Of a stretch of 64,000 nucleotides of DNA, positions 25,746 through 39,300 are shown piece by piece. Position 1 is the first letter of the stretch. Each line of letters starts with the position of its first letter. The translations under genes and the position numbers were made by a program. The stretch lies in the NCBI RefSeq assembly GCF_009914755.1, contig NC_060925.1; one strand, 5' to 3'. Below the pieces are notes generated by a model. The model did no database searches. It was given only the letters and a program-made list of their open reading frames with translations, and was not told where the DNA came from. Origin of the DNA: the human T2T-CHM13v2.0 reference genome, Homo sapiens.

Positions 25746-28700
25746 TGTATAGACCTGCTGACTAAACAGAGGAATGACAAAAGAATACAAGGCCACAGCA
25801 GGCAGGGCCGGAGATAGACGGGGAGAGACTGAGGCCAGGAAGGGCAAGGACATGGTGAAGAGCAGTAACAAATACCGTCAGGGCTAATCTGCAGCAGGCC
25901 ACACTCTTGGCAGAGAGAGTGTTTATGAGAGACAGAGGAAGGAAAATGATGGTGTGAGGGAGGCTCTCAGTGTGTGTGTGTGCACATGGGCAAGAAGAGG
26001 TGAGGACGCATGTGTGTGCTGCATTTGTGAATTGGCCTGTGTGAGAAGGCAGGGAAGTATGCAAACATGTACGTGTGTGTTTGTAGGGGGGCTGTGTACG
26101 CATGCCATGACGGCTTGGGTATGTATGGGTGTGTGTGAGGAAGGCTGTGTGTGCACAGGATGCCGTGTGTGTACATGATGGAGGTTGTGCACTTCTGCTA
26201 GGAGGGAGTGATTGAGAAAGACAAGAGGGAACACATGAAGGAAGGGTGAGTGAGTGAGAAACTATGTATGGGGGGGCTGTTGTTGTGAACATGTGCATGA
26301 GGAGATGGTGTCCCTGTGAGTGTGACCAGTGGGGAAGGTAGGTAAGAGGTTTCAGGGCTCTGCTGAGGGTGCAGCTGCCATGGCCTCGACCACAGGCCTG
26401 GTGCCAGAGGTGGGGGCTGGCCCTGGGCCCAGGGTGGGGGGTTCTGACAGAGCAGAAGATTCCTCAGAGTCCTCCCTGGAGCCACAGGCGCCAGATTACC
26501 ATGTCCCTAGGCAGGGAGGTCGAGGACGAGGCCCAGATGTGCGTGTGCCTCTACATCTGTCCACAGTAAAACCTCTGGGCATTTCTTTGTCTTTGTCTGT
26601 GTCCGGGTGTGCACGCCTGTGCTCGTGTGAGTACCACTGGCTGTGTGTCTGTGCCTGTCTTTGTCTCTATATGTTTCTGGGCCTTTGTCTCAGTGTGTGT
26701 GGCTGGTGATCTATGCCTGTCTGCATGGCAGTGTCTGGTTTTGTGGGTGTCTATGTGTGTCCTAGACTCCATGCATGTCTAAGTACAGAGTGCCAGCATC
26801 CTGCTGGACTACTGTTTGCATTTGTGGGTCCATGCGGCCTTGGTGTGAGTGAGGGCACATTGTGCTTTTGAGACTGTGGGTCTAGGCTTCGGTGTATCTA
26901 AGCGTGTGCTTGTGTTTCTGTATGGGAGACTATGCCATGTGTTGTAGTATGGAGATGCTTATCTAGGTCTGTGTGATGTTTGTGAGACCAAGGATATGTG
27001 TGTGTCTGTATCTGTGTGTTGGGTGTGAGGGGTTTGTCACAGACTGGTGAGCAAGTTAATCTCAGACTCTGTGACACGTGGAATAAAATCACGCTCCCAT
27101 AATGGGATCATTCGTCTTCCTGTCCAAGGAGAGAACCAACCCTTCACCCTCCGCCCTGGGGGAGCCAGTGGGGCCAGGGCCAGGCACCGGCCCCCACCCA
27201 GGCCGCCTTCTGCCCTCAGCACCCCCACCCCCTCCTCTGCTGCACCAGGCTCATTCTGCCTCCAGAGTGCCCTAGTGCCCACTGTGGGCTGGGCAGGGCT
27301 CCAGGACATGTGACTGGGCCTTAGAGGCCTGTCCTGGGCCCCCTGCCCCACCCACTGCTGAGGAGAGCCCTGCCCTGAGATGAGAGCTGGGGGTACAGGA
27401 AGGACTCTTCGGGCCCCTCCTTCTCCTGGAGGGGAGGGATGAGCTGCAGGCCCCGGCCGGGATTTTCCATCTCTCAGCAACAAGATTCCTGGTGAGCAGG
27501 CTGCGGGGTTTGGCAGCGCGCCTGCTGGAGACCCGCCCTCACCCGCCAGGATGCCTGGGTCCCTGGGGCCAGGCAGCAGCGAGTTCCCTGGGGAGCTGGG
27601 CGGGGAGGCCCACAACTCCAACCTACTGTTTGCCTGGGCCTGTGGGAAGGCCAGACCCTTCCAGGCCCACACCTCCCAACCAAAGATGGCTTCCCAGCAC
27701 CCCCAGGCAAACTATTACCCTTCCTCTGGCCTCCCCTAAGCCCCAGCCTTAGCTTAAGAAAGTATTCCCAGGCCAGCCACCCAGCACCACCCACCCCCAC
27801 CACCCCTCAGCACACACCCAGCCTGGGTTCTGCACCTCACCTCCAAGTCCGAGGGCTCTCAAGGTGAGTGTTTTGCTTCTCTCAGACTTGGGGGGTCTGA
27901 GGACAAGGCTGTGTGTCCTGCATCTGTTAAATCCCTCTTGGTCTTAGCTCTCCTTCCTGGCTGGGCTGAGAGGCATCAGGAGAGGATTTAAGGTCCAAAG
28001 TTGGGGAAACTGAGGCAGTGAAGCCCTCCGCCCTACTCATCACAATGAGTCAGAGGCAAAATCCAGTCATCTGGACTTGTCTTAATGCTGCCTAGCAATA
28101 GTGGCTGCAGCTCTTTCTTTCTCGTGGGAGGGTGCAATTTCCGGAGGGGATGAGCATCAGCTGGAGGGAGTGGGGAACAGGCAGGTGGGCTCCCTCAACC
28201 CCCAGCACCTTGGATGAGCAGTTGGAGAGCAGGTTTGCTAAGAGACTAAGGTTGAGGAGGAGAAACGAGATGCTCCATGATTTATGAGCCTAATTCTTTT
28301 CCCTTAAATTCCCCTCCAACCCCCACCTCCCAGCCCCAGCCTGGTCCCTCCAGGGCCATGCTGTGGCCCCAGGCCAATGTCAAAGCCCTAACCCATCCAT
28401 CAGCTGTTGCCAGGGAGTTTCCACCCCAATGGGTTCCAAAGGGAGCGGCACAACTGACACTAGGGGCTCAGATTGATGGGGAGGGAGCATGGCCCTAAGG
28501 AGTCTGCCAACAGACCCCTGCACCCTCCTAGAAGCTGGGTGCTCACAACATCCAGGGAGGAAACTAGGCTGGTGGGTGGGGCCCAGGAGGAGGTAGCCTC
28601 CCCGCTCTGGCACCACACCCAGCCCTGCCCTTTCAAGAGGCCAGGAGACCTGGGATCCCACGGGGCCCTGCAGCTCACAGGGTGTGTGACCTTGGGTGGT

Positions 28701-28989
28701 GACTGCTCCTCTCTGGGCCTCAGCCTTCCCACTGCACAATGCAGAAAGTGGCTCAGATATCCCAGGTGACCACCTTTCGGCTCACCCCCCTTAGCATTAG
28801 GCCCTGCCCTCTGTCCAGAATCTGGCCCAGATGGGGTAAGGTCACAGCAGCTACCTGGAGGAGTCCTCACAGCCACCCAAGTCAGAGCTGAAGAGTTTAT
28901 GGTGATCACCCCTCCACCACATGCCCATTTTCCAGTCCCTGAGAGAGGATCTGGAGTCTGCACCAAGACCTGAGTTTTACTGGTGGGGT

Positions 28990-29220
28990 GGTTAAGAGCA
29001 CATGTTCTAGGGACATACAGACCCGGATTAATGCCCTAGCTGCACCAGTAACTTGTTATATGAAGTCCTGTGCCTTTTCTCAGCCTCAGATTCCCCATCT
29101 GTAAAATGGGGTAATAGTGCCTCTCTCCTAGGACTGTTGAGTTGAAATGAGAAAATGCATGCAAAGGCCTTGGCACAGTGCCTGACACATAATAAGTGCT
29201 TGAACAATGGTAGCGATCAT
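28990..29220 (+). mobile_element. MIR
   Basis: gcctcagattccccatctgtaaaatggggtaatagt...gcacagtgcctgacacataataagtgct. Confidence 0.8.
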
Positions 29221-31999
29221 AATTGTGGTTAGTATTAACATAAATCCAGTGGCCAGGGAGAAGGGGGAAGAGGGATCCCCGACCTGGCTGGAGGCGATCC
29301 AGCTTCATCCTTGAGCCAGGTCAGGACCCCCAGGGTCTCAGCCCAGAAGGGCCAGCCGAATTCCTCGAAGCCCCCTAGCTGTCTCCCCTATTTGTTAAAG
29401 GCCTCTCATTAGTGAGCCTAGGCACCTGCCCCTCCACAAGTAATAAGCCTCATTAGTATCTTAGCCCCAAGCTCTGAGCCCAGAGTCTATGTGTGTGCAC
29501 ACGCATGAGGGTAGGGGGCTGCAACAGGCCACCAGCCAGGAGACAGCATCCTCGCCAACCACACCCCCTGCCTGTCATCCACAGAGCCCGTCACCACCCA
29601 GCTTGTCACCTGCCTGCCTCGCACCCGCACCACCTGTCACCCACCCAGCTCGTCACCCACCCAGCCCATCACCTGCACCACCTGTCACCCACCCAGCCTG
29701 TCACCGGAGCCGCCTGACAGACATCTGGGTGGGGGACAGGAGATGGGGAGGAGAAGACCACAGGGGTGCGGAGCTGGGGGCCCCAGAGACCCTGTGGGAC
29801 CCCCACTTCAGCTCGGCATCCTGCAGCATCGCCATGGCAACCTCTCAGCCGCAACCACTTTCCCAAACATCCCCCGCCCTCCCCCCCCCAGGCCCTGCTC
29901 TTAGCTGAGCTGAGGCTGAGAAGAGCCTGAGTGACAGCAGAATGGGGCAGGAAGGAGGGGGCTCCCCAGCTGGCTGGCCTTGACCACCCTTGCACCCCTC
30001 TGGACTCGGTTGCTCCATCTGCAAAATGGAGGGGCCGGAACGCAGGAGGCCCCTGTAGACAGGTCATCCCTCTCTAGCCTGGATTGGCTGAGCCGGCTGC
30101 CGGTTAACCTGTGAGGGCTGGGGGTGGGACGAAAGGACCCAGGGTTTCTGGGTTCTTCCGCACTCCTCTACCTCGGGCCCAGCTCAGAGAGGCTTGGGCC
30201 CCTGGCCCAAGCTCACACAGCAGACGAGGAGGCGCAGGCTGGACGGGAGAGGGGCTCTGCCAAAGGCCTGCCAGCTGGAGGTTCCATACTGGGTGACCCA
30301 AGGTGACCAGGGGCAGAGTTGGCCCCACCTCCGAGCTGCATTATTTATAAAACCCAGAGCAAGGAGCTGAGCAACAGCTGCGGTGCTGCCCCTCCAGGGG
30401 ACACAGGCCTCGGTGGAACGGAGTAGACACGGTGTCTCCTCAGGGAAGGCCCCTAGGGTCCCGGGCTCCCTCCAGGGCTGGCTGGGGCAGGGGCTGAGGT
30501 GGGGAAGGGGGAGCAGCTCCGTCCCTCCCCTCCCCCTCCACTCCTCCAGGCAGGCAGCGATAGGATTACTTCTGCATGACTGCCCGCTCCACAGGGTTCC
30601 AGAGACCCTCCTGCCTGCAGCAATCTTTAAAATTCCTCCAGCCCAACCTCTCTCCCTCTCTCCCTGCAGTGAATGCCCCAGAGTCTACCGCAGTGTGCCC
30701 ACTGCTGCCGCCACCACTACCCCCAGGCAGGCTGGGACCCAGGTCCCTGGTGTCCATGGGCAAAGATGGACCCATTCTCAGGGCGTAGCCGTGTGTCCCT
30801 CAGAACCCTAAGACCCAGGCCCTGGCCCATTCCCTCTGGCCCTTGGTGCTGCCCCAGTCCCACAGCCACGGCTCCAGCTGGGGTCAGGCATGCCAGCTGT
30901 GCCAGGGCGGATGGGCACATATGTGCAAACACCCCCGGTGGGTCTTGGCATGCCTGCCCATGGGCTTTGCTGCCAGAACCTGGCTGCCCCACCTCTGCTC
31001 TGAACCCCTCCCTATCTCACCAATCCCTGCTATCCCCCCAGGGTGGGCAGACAGCTGGGCTAAGCCAGTGCCTGCGGCTCCCCAGGGCACAAGAGGCAGG
31101 CAGGAGATCGATTCACTGAATTTTTTAAGGCCCTAATGGAGCCTGCATCCCAGGACTTGCTGGGCTGGGACACAGGCGATGTCTTGGGGACCCTTCCCAC
31201 AGCACTGCAGTTGCTTCTTCTTTAGGGTCTTGGGGATCAGTGGAGCCCTTCTGTGAGCCTTCCCTCAGCAAGAGAGGAGGCACGAGGGACCTCTAGGAAA
31301 GAGAAGGGATTTGGGGGCTGTGAGCAATACCCAGAGCCCCCCTATCTCCCCAGTCCTAATGCAGGCAGAAGCAGCTCAGCCTCTAAATCACTCCCCTCAT
31401 GCTGCCCTCTGAGGCGGATTCTGTGCATCTGTAATTAGGGGGTGGAACAGATGGTGGAGATTCCGTTTAAAATCATGCATCTAGTAAAGTAACCTTCACT
31501 GTCGGAACTGACTCCCAGGGAGACCAAGCCCCGCAGCCTGGATTTGGGGGTGGGGGGTAGTATGTCAATCCAGCACCTTCCCCATCCCTCTCCCTGAAGC
31601 CCCAGGCCCCATGTCCCTCTCAGGTGAGCCAAGGGGTTGGGGGAGGGAGGCAGTGATTTGGCAAGCACTTGAAAAAGTGTGGGCTGGGGGCAACTCCCCC
31701 TGTCCCTCTCTCCCACATACATGCCAGAGCCAGGGCAGGGCTGGGTACTGAGAGTTCCTGGCTGAAAGACCAGGATGACCAGGTGCCAAGGGGCTCTGCC
31801 CCCACCCCAAAGAGGCCCCAAACCTTTAAGCCCAGGCCAGGGTGCCCAGAGCACAGGGTCTTGGGTGGGGCAGCTTTGAACCAGATGTCCAGCCTCACTG
31901 TCCAGGAATGAAAGGCCTGGGGCGGTGAAGGGGTGGAGATGCCTCCCCAGGCAGAGGAGGCTCTGGGAAGAGCGGGAGGCCTGGGCAGCAGAGAGAGAG

Positions 32000-33380
32000 A
32001 GAGCGAGAGCACACAAGAGTGAGCAATGTGTGTGACAGGCTGAGGCTGTCTAGGGGAACAAGGTGGGGGAGAGGGTGTGCTGGAATGTGCCAACGGTGGG
32101 AGTGAGGGCTGCAGAAGGATTAGGCGGGGTATGTGACAGGGTGCCGTGGGGTGCAGGCGGAGCACAGAATGGGTGCAGGGTTGTGACTAGCTGAGGCTGT
32201 CTTTGTGTACAGGTGTGGTATCGGGGTGTTTGGAGAGGTGTAGGGGTGTCCCTGGGCCCTTAGGTGGCTGAGGAAAAGTACCGGAGCTGAGACTGTCTGG
32301 GAAGCGGTGGGGCCGGGCCATTAGGACTGCCTGTCGAGGAGGTGCCGGGATCCAGGAGGCAGTGTGCACAAGTTTCAGGAGGTATTAGAAGCTTCGGGGC
32401 CTGATCTGTTAGAGATATACTAGAACCGAAGCCATGTCTGTGTGTTTGAGGCAAATGTTGTGGCTACAGAGGGTGTTCTTGTTTGAGTGGGTGTTTGAAG
32501 CAGTGAGTGTATGTGTGTTGTAGGGGGAGGCTGTATGTTTGGAAAGGTATAGGGGATGATACCGGTGTTTGGGGAAGTGCTGAGCTATAGCTGGGAGAAA
32601 CGTTGGGGGCTGTGGGCAGAGTGTGTGTGTCTGGGGAGGTGTCAGGGCTTTGAGGGTATGAGTCAGTGGGAAGGTAGCAGGGCTGTAGCTGGGTCCTGGG
32701 TGTATCTGGCAGTGTTGGGGTTGGATAGGGGGTTGATATGCTGAGGGTGTGATAGCTGTGTGTGTGTGTGTGTGTGATTGTGTGTGTGTTGGGGTGTTTA
32801 GGGATGTATTGGGGGGTCATAAAAATGTGGGTTTTGGTTAAGTACTAGGGCTGTGAACATGTGCCTGGAAAGGTGTTGTGGTTGGTGGAGGATGCACTGT
32901 GGTTTTGGGGAGGAGCTGGGGAGTGTCTCTGGAAAGGTTATTGGGATTTTAATTGGGTACCTGCAAGGGTCTGGGGAGGCGTTAGAGACCTGAGGTCCCT
33001 CCATACGTGGGAAGGGAAGAATGGGTCTCTGATATCAGAGATGTGCCACAGGCTATCGTCCGTGCATGCACAGGTATGAGGGCTGTAACCAGGTTCCTGG
33101 TGTCAGGGAGGTGTTGCAGGTTGTGGGTAAGCATGTGGTGGTTGTGTGTTTGGGGGTATGTGCATGTGAGGTAGCTGGATGTCGGGGGGTATCTGTATGT
33201 AGAGTGTGTGTGTGGAAGTGTGTGGGCTGGGTGTTGTAGGTGGAGCAGTTGTGTTTTAGAGGTGTTAGAGCTGTGAGTGTGTATGTGGGGCAGTTGTCTA
33301 TTTAGAAGGTGTTGGGAGCTGTAACTGAGTCCCTGGACCCCAGAGAGGTGATGGGGCTGCAGGGTTTGTGTGTGTTAGGG
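32000..33380 (+). repeat. Long degenerate GT-rich tract
   Basis: Recurring ggtgtt, gctgtg and tgtgtg words; C-poor plus strand. Confidence 0.7.
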
Positions 33381-34641
33381 GGGATGCCCCTCTGGGAGAA
33401 TGAAGGGCAGCATCCTGGCCTTTGCTCCGGGGCCTAACTGGGGGCTACCCGCTAGAACCCCTATGGTATGGGGTGCCTGTGCGGGGGTGTTGAGACAGGC
33501 AGTCCATCTGTCTCAGCCTGTGCCCAGGCCCAAGGAGCAGAGCTGCCTCCTCGCTCCCTGGGGGGCAGCAGCGGATCCAAGCCCACCCATCTGCCTTCAG
33601 ATGGTCGAGGCAGGAGCCTCCACAAAGCTGCCTGGAGGGCAGCACTGCGTTTGAAGAGACACAGGCTGGGGGTGGGGGAACTGCACAGCAAACAGTCCTC
33701 ACGGAGGCTCCTTTAAAAACCACTGACGCCAGAAGAGAGGAAGAGGGAGGACAGGGGCGGGTATGTCTGTCCTTGTGCATCTGTGTGGGTCAGTGCCCAA
33801 CTTCCAGGCCGGGGGCCCCTTCCCACGTGCTTGTGCTGGATGTTCCTGTTCAGGTAGCACTCAGGCCTTGGAAAACACTGCTCCAATCCAGGCAACAGGC
33901 TCCCAGCCTCACACCTGAACTACACCCTCATATCTGCATAGTCCCTACACTCACACGCACTCATACACCTTCCCACATGCATGCCTGCCACTGCACGCTC
34001 ACACATGCAGTTTGCCCCATGCCCTTAAACCTTCATATATGTACCCCCATCACACATACCCCACCCTGCAAAACCCACAGTTACACACACCCATCTTACA
34101 CACACACCTATCACATAAACGTGCATCCACACATACATACCTGACAAGTCACTCTCACACACACACCCACACACTCCACACACCTTGGAGCTCCCTGTCA
34201 CACCCGTACCCTATCTCACATACACCCAGTCTCTCTCACACTCCATGAGGACACTCGCCATCCCTTCTACCTGCACATGCAAGCACATGTTTATACACAT
34301 ATGCCTCACCACCTTTGAGACAGCTCCCCACTACCCAAGCCACTGGGCATTTCTCTGTGTCCAGGTCAGGCCCTGAAGCTTTCCAGAAGGGCTCTCACCG
34401 ACTGAGAGGACCTTCTGCCTCCCCACCTTGCCAGCCGGGTTAGAGTATGGGGGTGGGGGGCAGGTGGCAGGGGGAGGTTCTGTGTGCTCTGGTGTGACTG
34501 CCACTGTATGTAGGAGGGTGTCCCATGACAGGGCCTGTGAGTCAACACCTGTACAGGGAAGGAAGCACAGGTGCGTGTTCACCAGCTATGTTCGTGAGAT
34601 GCAGAATGAGTGTGAGGGTGGAGATTTACATGTCACAAATT

Positions 34642-34701
34642 TGTGTGTGTGTGTGTGTGTGACAGTGTGAGAGTGTGTGTGTGAGAGAGAGAGAGAGAGA
34701 G
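34642..34701 (+). repeat. (TG)n-(GA)n compound microsatellite
   Basis: Direct reading. Confidence 0.9.
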
Positions 34702-34899
34702 ACGCAGGGCCTGTGTAGACAGGTGTGACCGTGGGGGCTGCGTTTATACGAGGGGCATCCCCCGGGTGAATGTGAGGGGGTGTTTCCCAAGACAAGAGAG
34801 GTGCACATGTGCATCTGGTGCAGGGGTCAGGGCTGCAGGCCTCTCAGCAACCCCCTCCCCCTATGAAAAGAGGAGCAGGGAGCAAGGGGCTCTGGGCGG

Positions 34900-35350
34900 C
34901 TTCTCTCTCTTGCTCTTTCTCCCTGACCTCTTTAGCAGCTGGAAACTGAGCCGGGGGTGGAAGGAATGGAGACTTGGCTGGCCTGGGGGTTTGGGGAGGG
35001 AAGAGGGAGAAAACACCTTCCAGATTCTCATCAAATCCCTGTTTGTGGTTTGCAGCCTGCAGTCTTCTCCCTCCCTCTCCCTCCCTCTCTCTGTCTGTCT
35101 GGGTTTCCCCCTTTCTTTATCTCTTCCTGTCTCTCAGCCTCCCCATCTCTCTCCTTCTCCATCTCAGTCACTCTGTCTCCTTTCTTTTCTCTAAGTCTCT
35201 GTCTTCCATTTTTCTGCCTCCTCCTCTCTCTGCCAGCACCTCTGTCTGTCCGTCTCTCCCTGTCCCAGTCCATCTGTCCGTCTCTCTCCGTCTGTCTGTG
35301 TGTGGGTGTCTCTGTCCATCTGTTTCACCACCCATCTGTCTGGCTGTCTG
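34900..35350 (+). repeat. CT-rich low-complexity tract
   Basis: Strong pyrimidine skew. Confidence 0.8.
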
Positions 35351-35842
35351 TGTTAGTCCTTCCAAGGGTGCCCACTCGCTCCCCAAGGCACCCTCCCCCA
35401 GGTCAGCAAGGCCTCTCCTGGCTCAGGGGGTGGGGAGGGGGTGCAGAGCTGCAGCTTCTGGAAGCTTCAGTGGCAGCTGGGCTGAATTGGGAGTTCGGGG
35501 CCAGCCAGCTGCAGAAGCAGCCCCTCCCCTGGGCTCCCAGGCCAAGGACCCCAGAGCAGAAGAGGAGAGAAAACAGGGCCTCATTGCAGTTGGGTTTGTG
35601 TGTGTGGTGGAGGGGGCTGGAAGGGGGCTGGAGGGAGGCAGGGCCTCACTTTACTCTCACTTCACCATTGCCCCCGGAGCCAGGCCCTGCAGGAGAGGGA
35701 TCCTTGATGCCCACCTTCCTCATCCCCTGGCCAATGGAAGAGATGCTGGGATCCAGGAGGGAGGGGCCAGGAGAGGCCAGGCCTTGGGCGAAGGAGGGGC
35801 TGGGAGCCAGGGCTTCCTGTCAGCTGGGCTGGAGGGGGGCTC

Positions 35843-36394
35843 CTTCCCTCCTCCTTTCCAGGCAGTCCCTGGGGACCCCTCCTGCTCTGGTCCCAGTTCC
35901 AGGCATGAGGGGTTGTTCTTGCCAACTGCACTGGGGCCATTCCCACCTCCATCTACCCATAGGGACGTGGGGGGATCACACCAGTGTCACCCCCACAACA
36001 GTGGAGGCTGGTTTTGGCCATGTAGTGACCCTGGCCCTGTCTAGGCACTGGCCATCCTGAATCTAGCACCTCACACACAAATATATACAGTGCATCCCAG
36101 TGCTCACCGCCTGCCCAAGCCCCCCAACACCAGCATCCACCGTCATGACATGAACGCAGAGACCAGCACCCTACCTTGCACTGGTGACAGCGCCCCCGTC
36201 ACAAAGCCAGCAGCTTCAGACAGCATCCCTTAACATTCTCCCTGGCTACTCTGTCCCTGTCCCCCACTCCCTCTCCAATAGCTCACAGTCCAAATCCCAC
36301 AATGGATGGGGAAACTGAGGCCCAAGAGGAAGGGATGGGAGGACACAGTCATCCCTCCTGAGACCCTGGGGTAGGATCATAAATGAGGAAAGAA
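35843..36394 (+). repeat. Local direct duplication, copy 2
   Basis: Aligns with 13977-14537. Confidence 0.95.
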
Positions 36395-39300
36395 GAAAGA
36401 GATGCTGCAGGGGCAGAATCAGGCTCCTTCCTGACCTACCATGGGTAAAGTCCATATTGGCTACACCCTCCACACAGCCCTACCACAGGGCCAGGGCCAG
36501 GGCCAGGGCCAGGGGCTGGCTCCCTCCCTCTCGAGCTCTCCTTGCCCCTGGTTGGGCCCCCTCCCTCTCCTCCCTTCTGAGCAGCCCTCCCTGCCCTCTC
36601 CCTCCCAGCTCTGGCTCTCTCATCCTCAGCTCTTGGAAGCCTGACTCACTGTTTCCCCTCCTCTCTCGCCTCCCTCCCTCTCTCTCCCGGCAGCAGCGGC
36701 GCCTCCCCCTCCCCTGGGGGGGCTCTGGCCACAAGGGTGCCTGCCTGCTTCTCTCCCCAGGCTCCGGCCCCCTCCACTCCCAGGAGGCCCCCTGCAGCTG
36801 TTCCAATTCTCTAACTACAGTGAGGTGGAGTGCAAACAGCCCAGGTCCCAGCCTGGTCTTGCCAAAGGTATCTGTGACCCTGAGCAAGTGGCTCCTCTCC
36901 CTAGACTTGGCTTTCTCTCGTCAAACAAGTGGGGGGCGTCCAACTGGATGATGCTCCTGGCACCTCTGGGACCCTAATGTTTCCCGCTTTTATAACCTGG
37001 GTGTCTTTTGGCACAGAGCACCTGACAACCTGTAGGGTGCAGTACCTGCCACAGGCCACGCCCCCCCGGGTCCCAAGAAAAGCTCAGCTCTGTTCCAGGC
37101 ATTTGGGGAGGGCAGAAGGGAGATGCTACCCTGGGACCTGAAACATTTGTTGAAAACCCTGGAATCTGTCTCCCCATTCTCCCTCCTCCTGTGAGAGTCT
37201 CTCTCTCTCTCCCACCTGTCCTCCTCCCTCTTCCCAAACATCTGCTTGTCTCTCCTCCAAAAACAACCCCAGAATCTGATCTTGGGTGAGAGGACCTCAG
37301 GGCTGCCTCCTCTCTGGCTCCAGGGAGGGGAGTGGTATATTCCTAGGCCTTCTTGGTCCCCGGCCCCCACCTCCAGGGGCTGTAATTCCAGATTTTCTTG
37401 CCTGTTTTCTCTTTCACTCTCATCACTGGCTTTGGTCTCCATCTTTCTCTCTCTTCACCATGCATGTGGTTGTGGGTCGCTCCCCCGCCCCCCTCCCTGG
37501 GGGGGGCCCATCTGCAGGCATTAGCAACAATGTTACCCTTGCTTCCTCCCATAGTCCCCAGCTCCACTCCATCCTGGCTTCCGCCTCCCCACTCTGTCCC
37601 AAGAGACCCAGGGGACCCAGAGACAGAGCTGGGCTCCATCCCATAATAGTGAGTCTGCTTGACCTCACCAAGCCAGACCAGAAGGGCCTGGGCATCTGGT
37701 ACACAGGCATGGCACCCCCTGGTCTTGGGTGGCTGGCATGAGACACAGAGCTCTGTGTTCTACAAACCAAAAAAAAAAAACAAAAAAAATTGAAATTGAC
37801 CTGGGGGTGGGACAGAAGAGGGGAAGGGGGAAATGAGGGAGATCAGGTTTGCCTGGAGGAAGCCCCTGTCCAATGGGGAACAGAAGCATAGAGGTGGGAG
37901 TGGTTCAAAGTCAGTGCTCCAGGCTGATTGGAGAACAACAATGTCCCTCTGGGGCTCTGCCAGTCCAGAACAGCTCCCCCTACCCAAATGTCTTCTGCCA
38001 GGGGCAGTCTGCCCCTCAAGCCTCCAGCACAACCACAGCAATCAGGTGGAGACCCCATCTTTTAACCTTTTGAATCCAAGTCCAACTTCCCTACTGTACA
38101 CCTCCACTTAGCTCAGCAGGGGGTTCCAGAAGCCTCCCAGCCCAGATCTAAGCCCATGCAGTGGGGGTAACAAAGTCCCCCAGCTCCCAAACCCCTTCCC
38201 CAAAGGCCCCATCAAGGGCTGGGGAGCAATGCAAAATAACCCCAGAACCCTCACGCATTGAAACTGAGAAGCTATGCTGTCCCACAGCGCCTGAGGGTGG
38301 TAGGGGCTCCCTGCCCCCACGACCCTGTTCCAGACCCCCCAGCCCAGCAACAATAATAAACAGCAAGCTCTTTTTCTTTATGACACCAAATTTCTCCAAG
38401 CCCAACAGCTCCTTCCATCACTACCTCAGCCATAGATCACATTAAAAACTCACAGAGGGCAACTTAAACACATCACATTTGTTTCTCTCTATATTATTTC
38501 AAAAGTAACGGCATTAAAAATGGATTTTACTACAGAAAATAAATATCGGCACGTGGGCTGGGAGCCCAGGCGGAGGAGAGCGCCCACCAGGGGAACGTTC
38601 CTGAGGGCTTGGGCACAGTTAGGCACTGACCAGACTAGAAAGGCCAGACTACACCTTGGGCTTGTGGGTGATTCCTGGGGAGGGGGCAATGCCTGCCCAC
38701 CTGGGCATCTGCCCCAAAGCCAGATGAAGAAGGACAACTCACTGGTTTGGGCTGGTAGCCACTGGTCCCCCAAAGCTTATGCCCTTACTGGTCTTTGCAA
38801 CCCCTGAAGAGTGGGAGCTCTGGGGCCAGAAGTTCACCAGTCTCTGGGGATTACTCCAACTATTGACACAGCAGGAGAAAAAAATGAATTCAACTTACTA
38901 TCCAGTTTGATTTTCCATTACTATAAAAATAAATATACATCTGCTCAAAGGAGGGAGATGGCAAGCAGCATGCACATGCCACCTGGGGGGTCCCCCCACA
39001 ACCCAGCCTTCCTACCCCCCCACCCCAGGTTGGGGGACAGACTGGTAATCTTTCACTTACAGCCCCAGCTCACACAGCCACACAGAACAGGAACAAGCCA
39101 ACAATAGAAACACCCCAAATGCCCCTGGCAGGACTCTGCCCAGGCCCGGGCACATGCCCCCGCCCAGCCGGCGGCGACAGCAGCAGCGGACAAAATGTGG
39201 CCACCCTGACCCGGAGGCAAAGCTTGTCCTCACACCCTGAGCTCTGCCCAGGGAGCTGGGGCCAAGTCCCGCCTGACACCAACTGGTCCGGCGGGAAACG

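Noticed and set aside
34957-36060. Overlapping 367 aa and 356 aa ORFs
   Set aside because: They run through a CT-rich low-complexity tract and GC-rich DNA where stops are rare; no domain is recognisable and two frames are open at once.
36486-36514. (CAGGGC)4 G-quadruplex-capable run
   Set aside because: Such G-runs are common throughout this GC-rich window; nothing sets this one apart.
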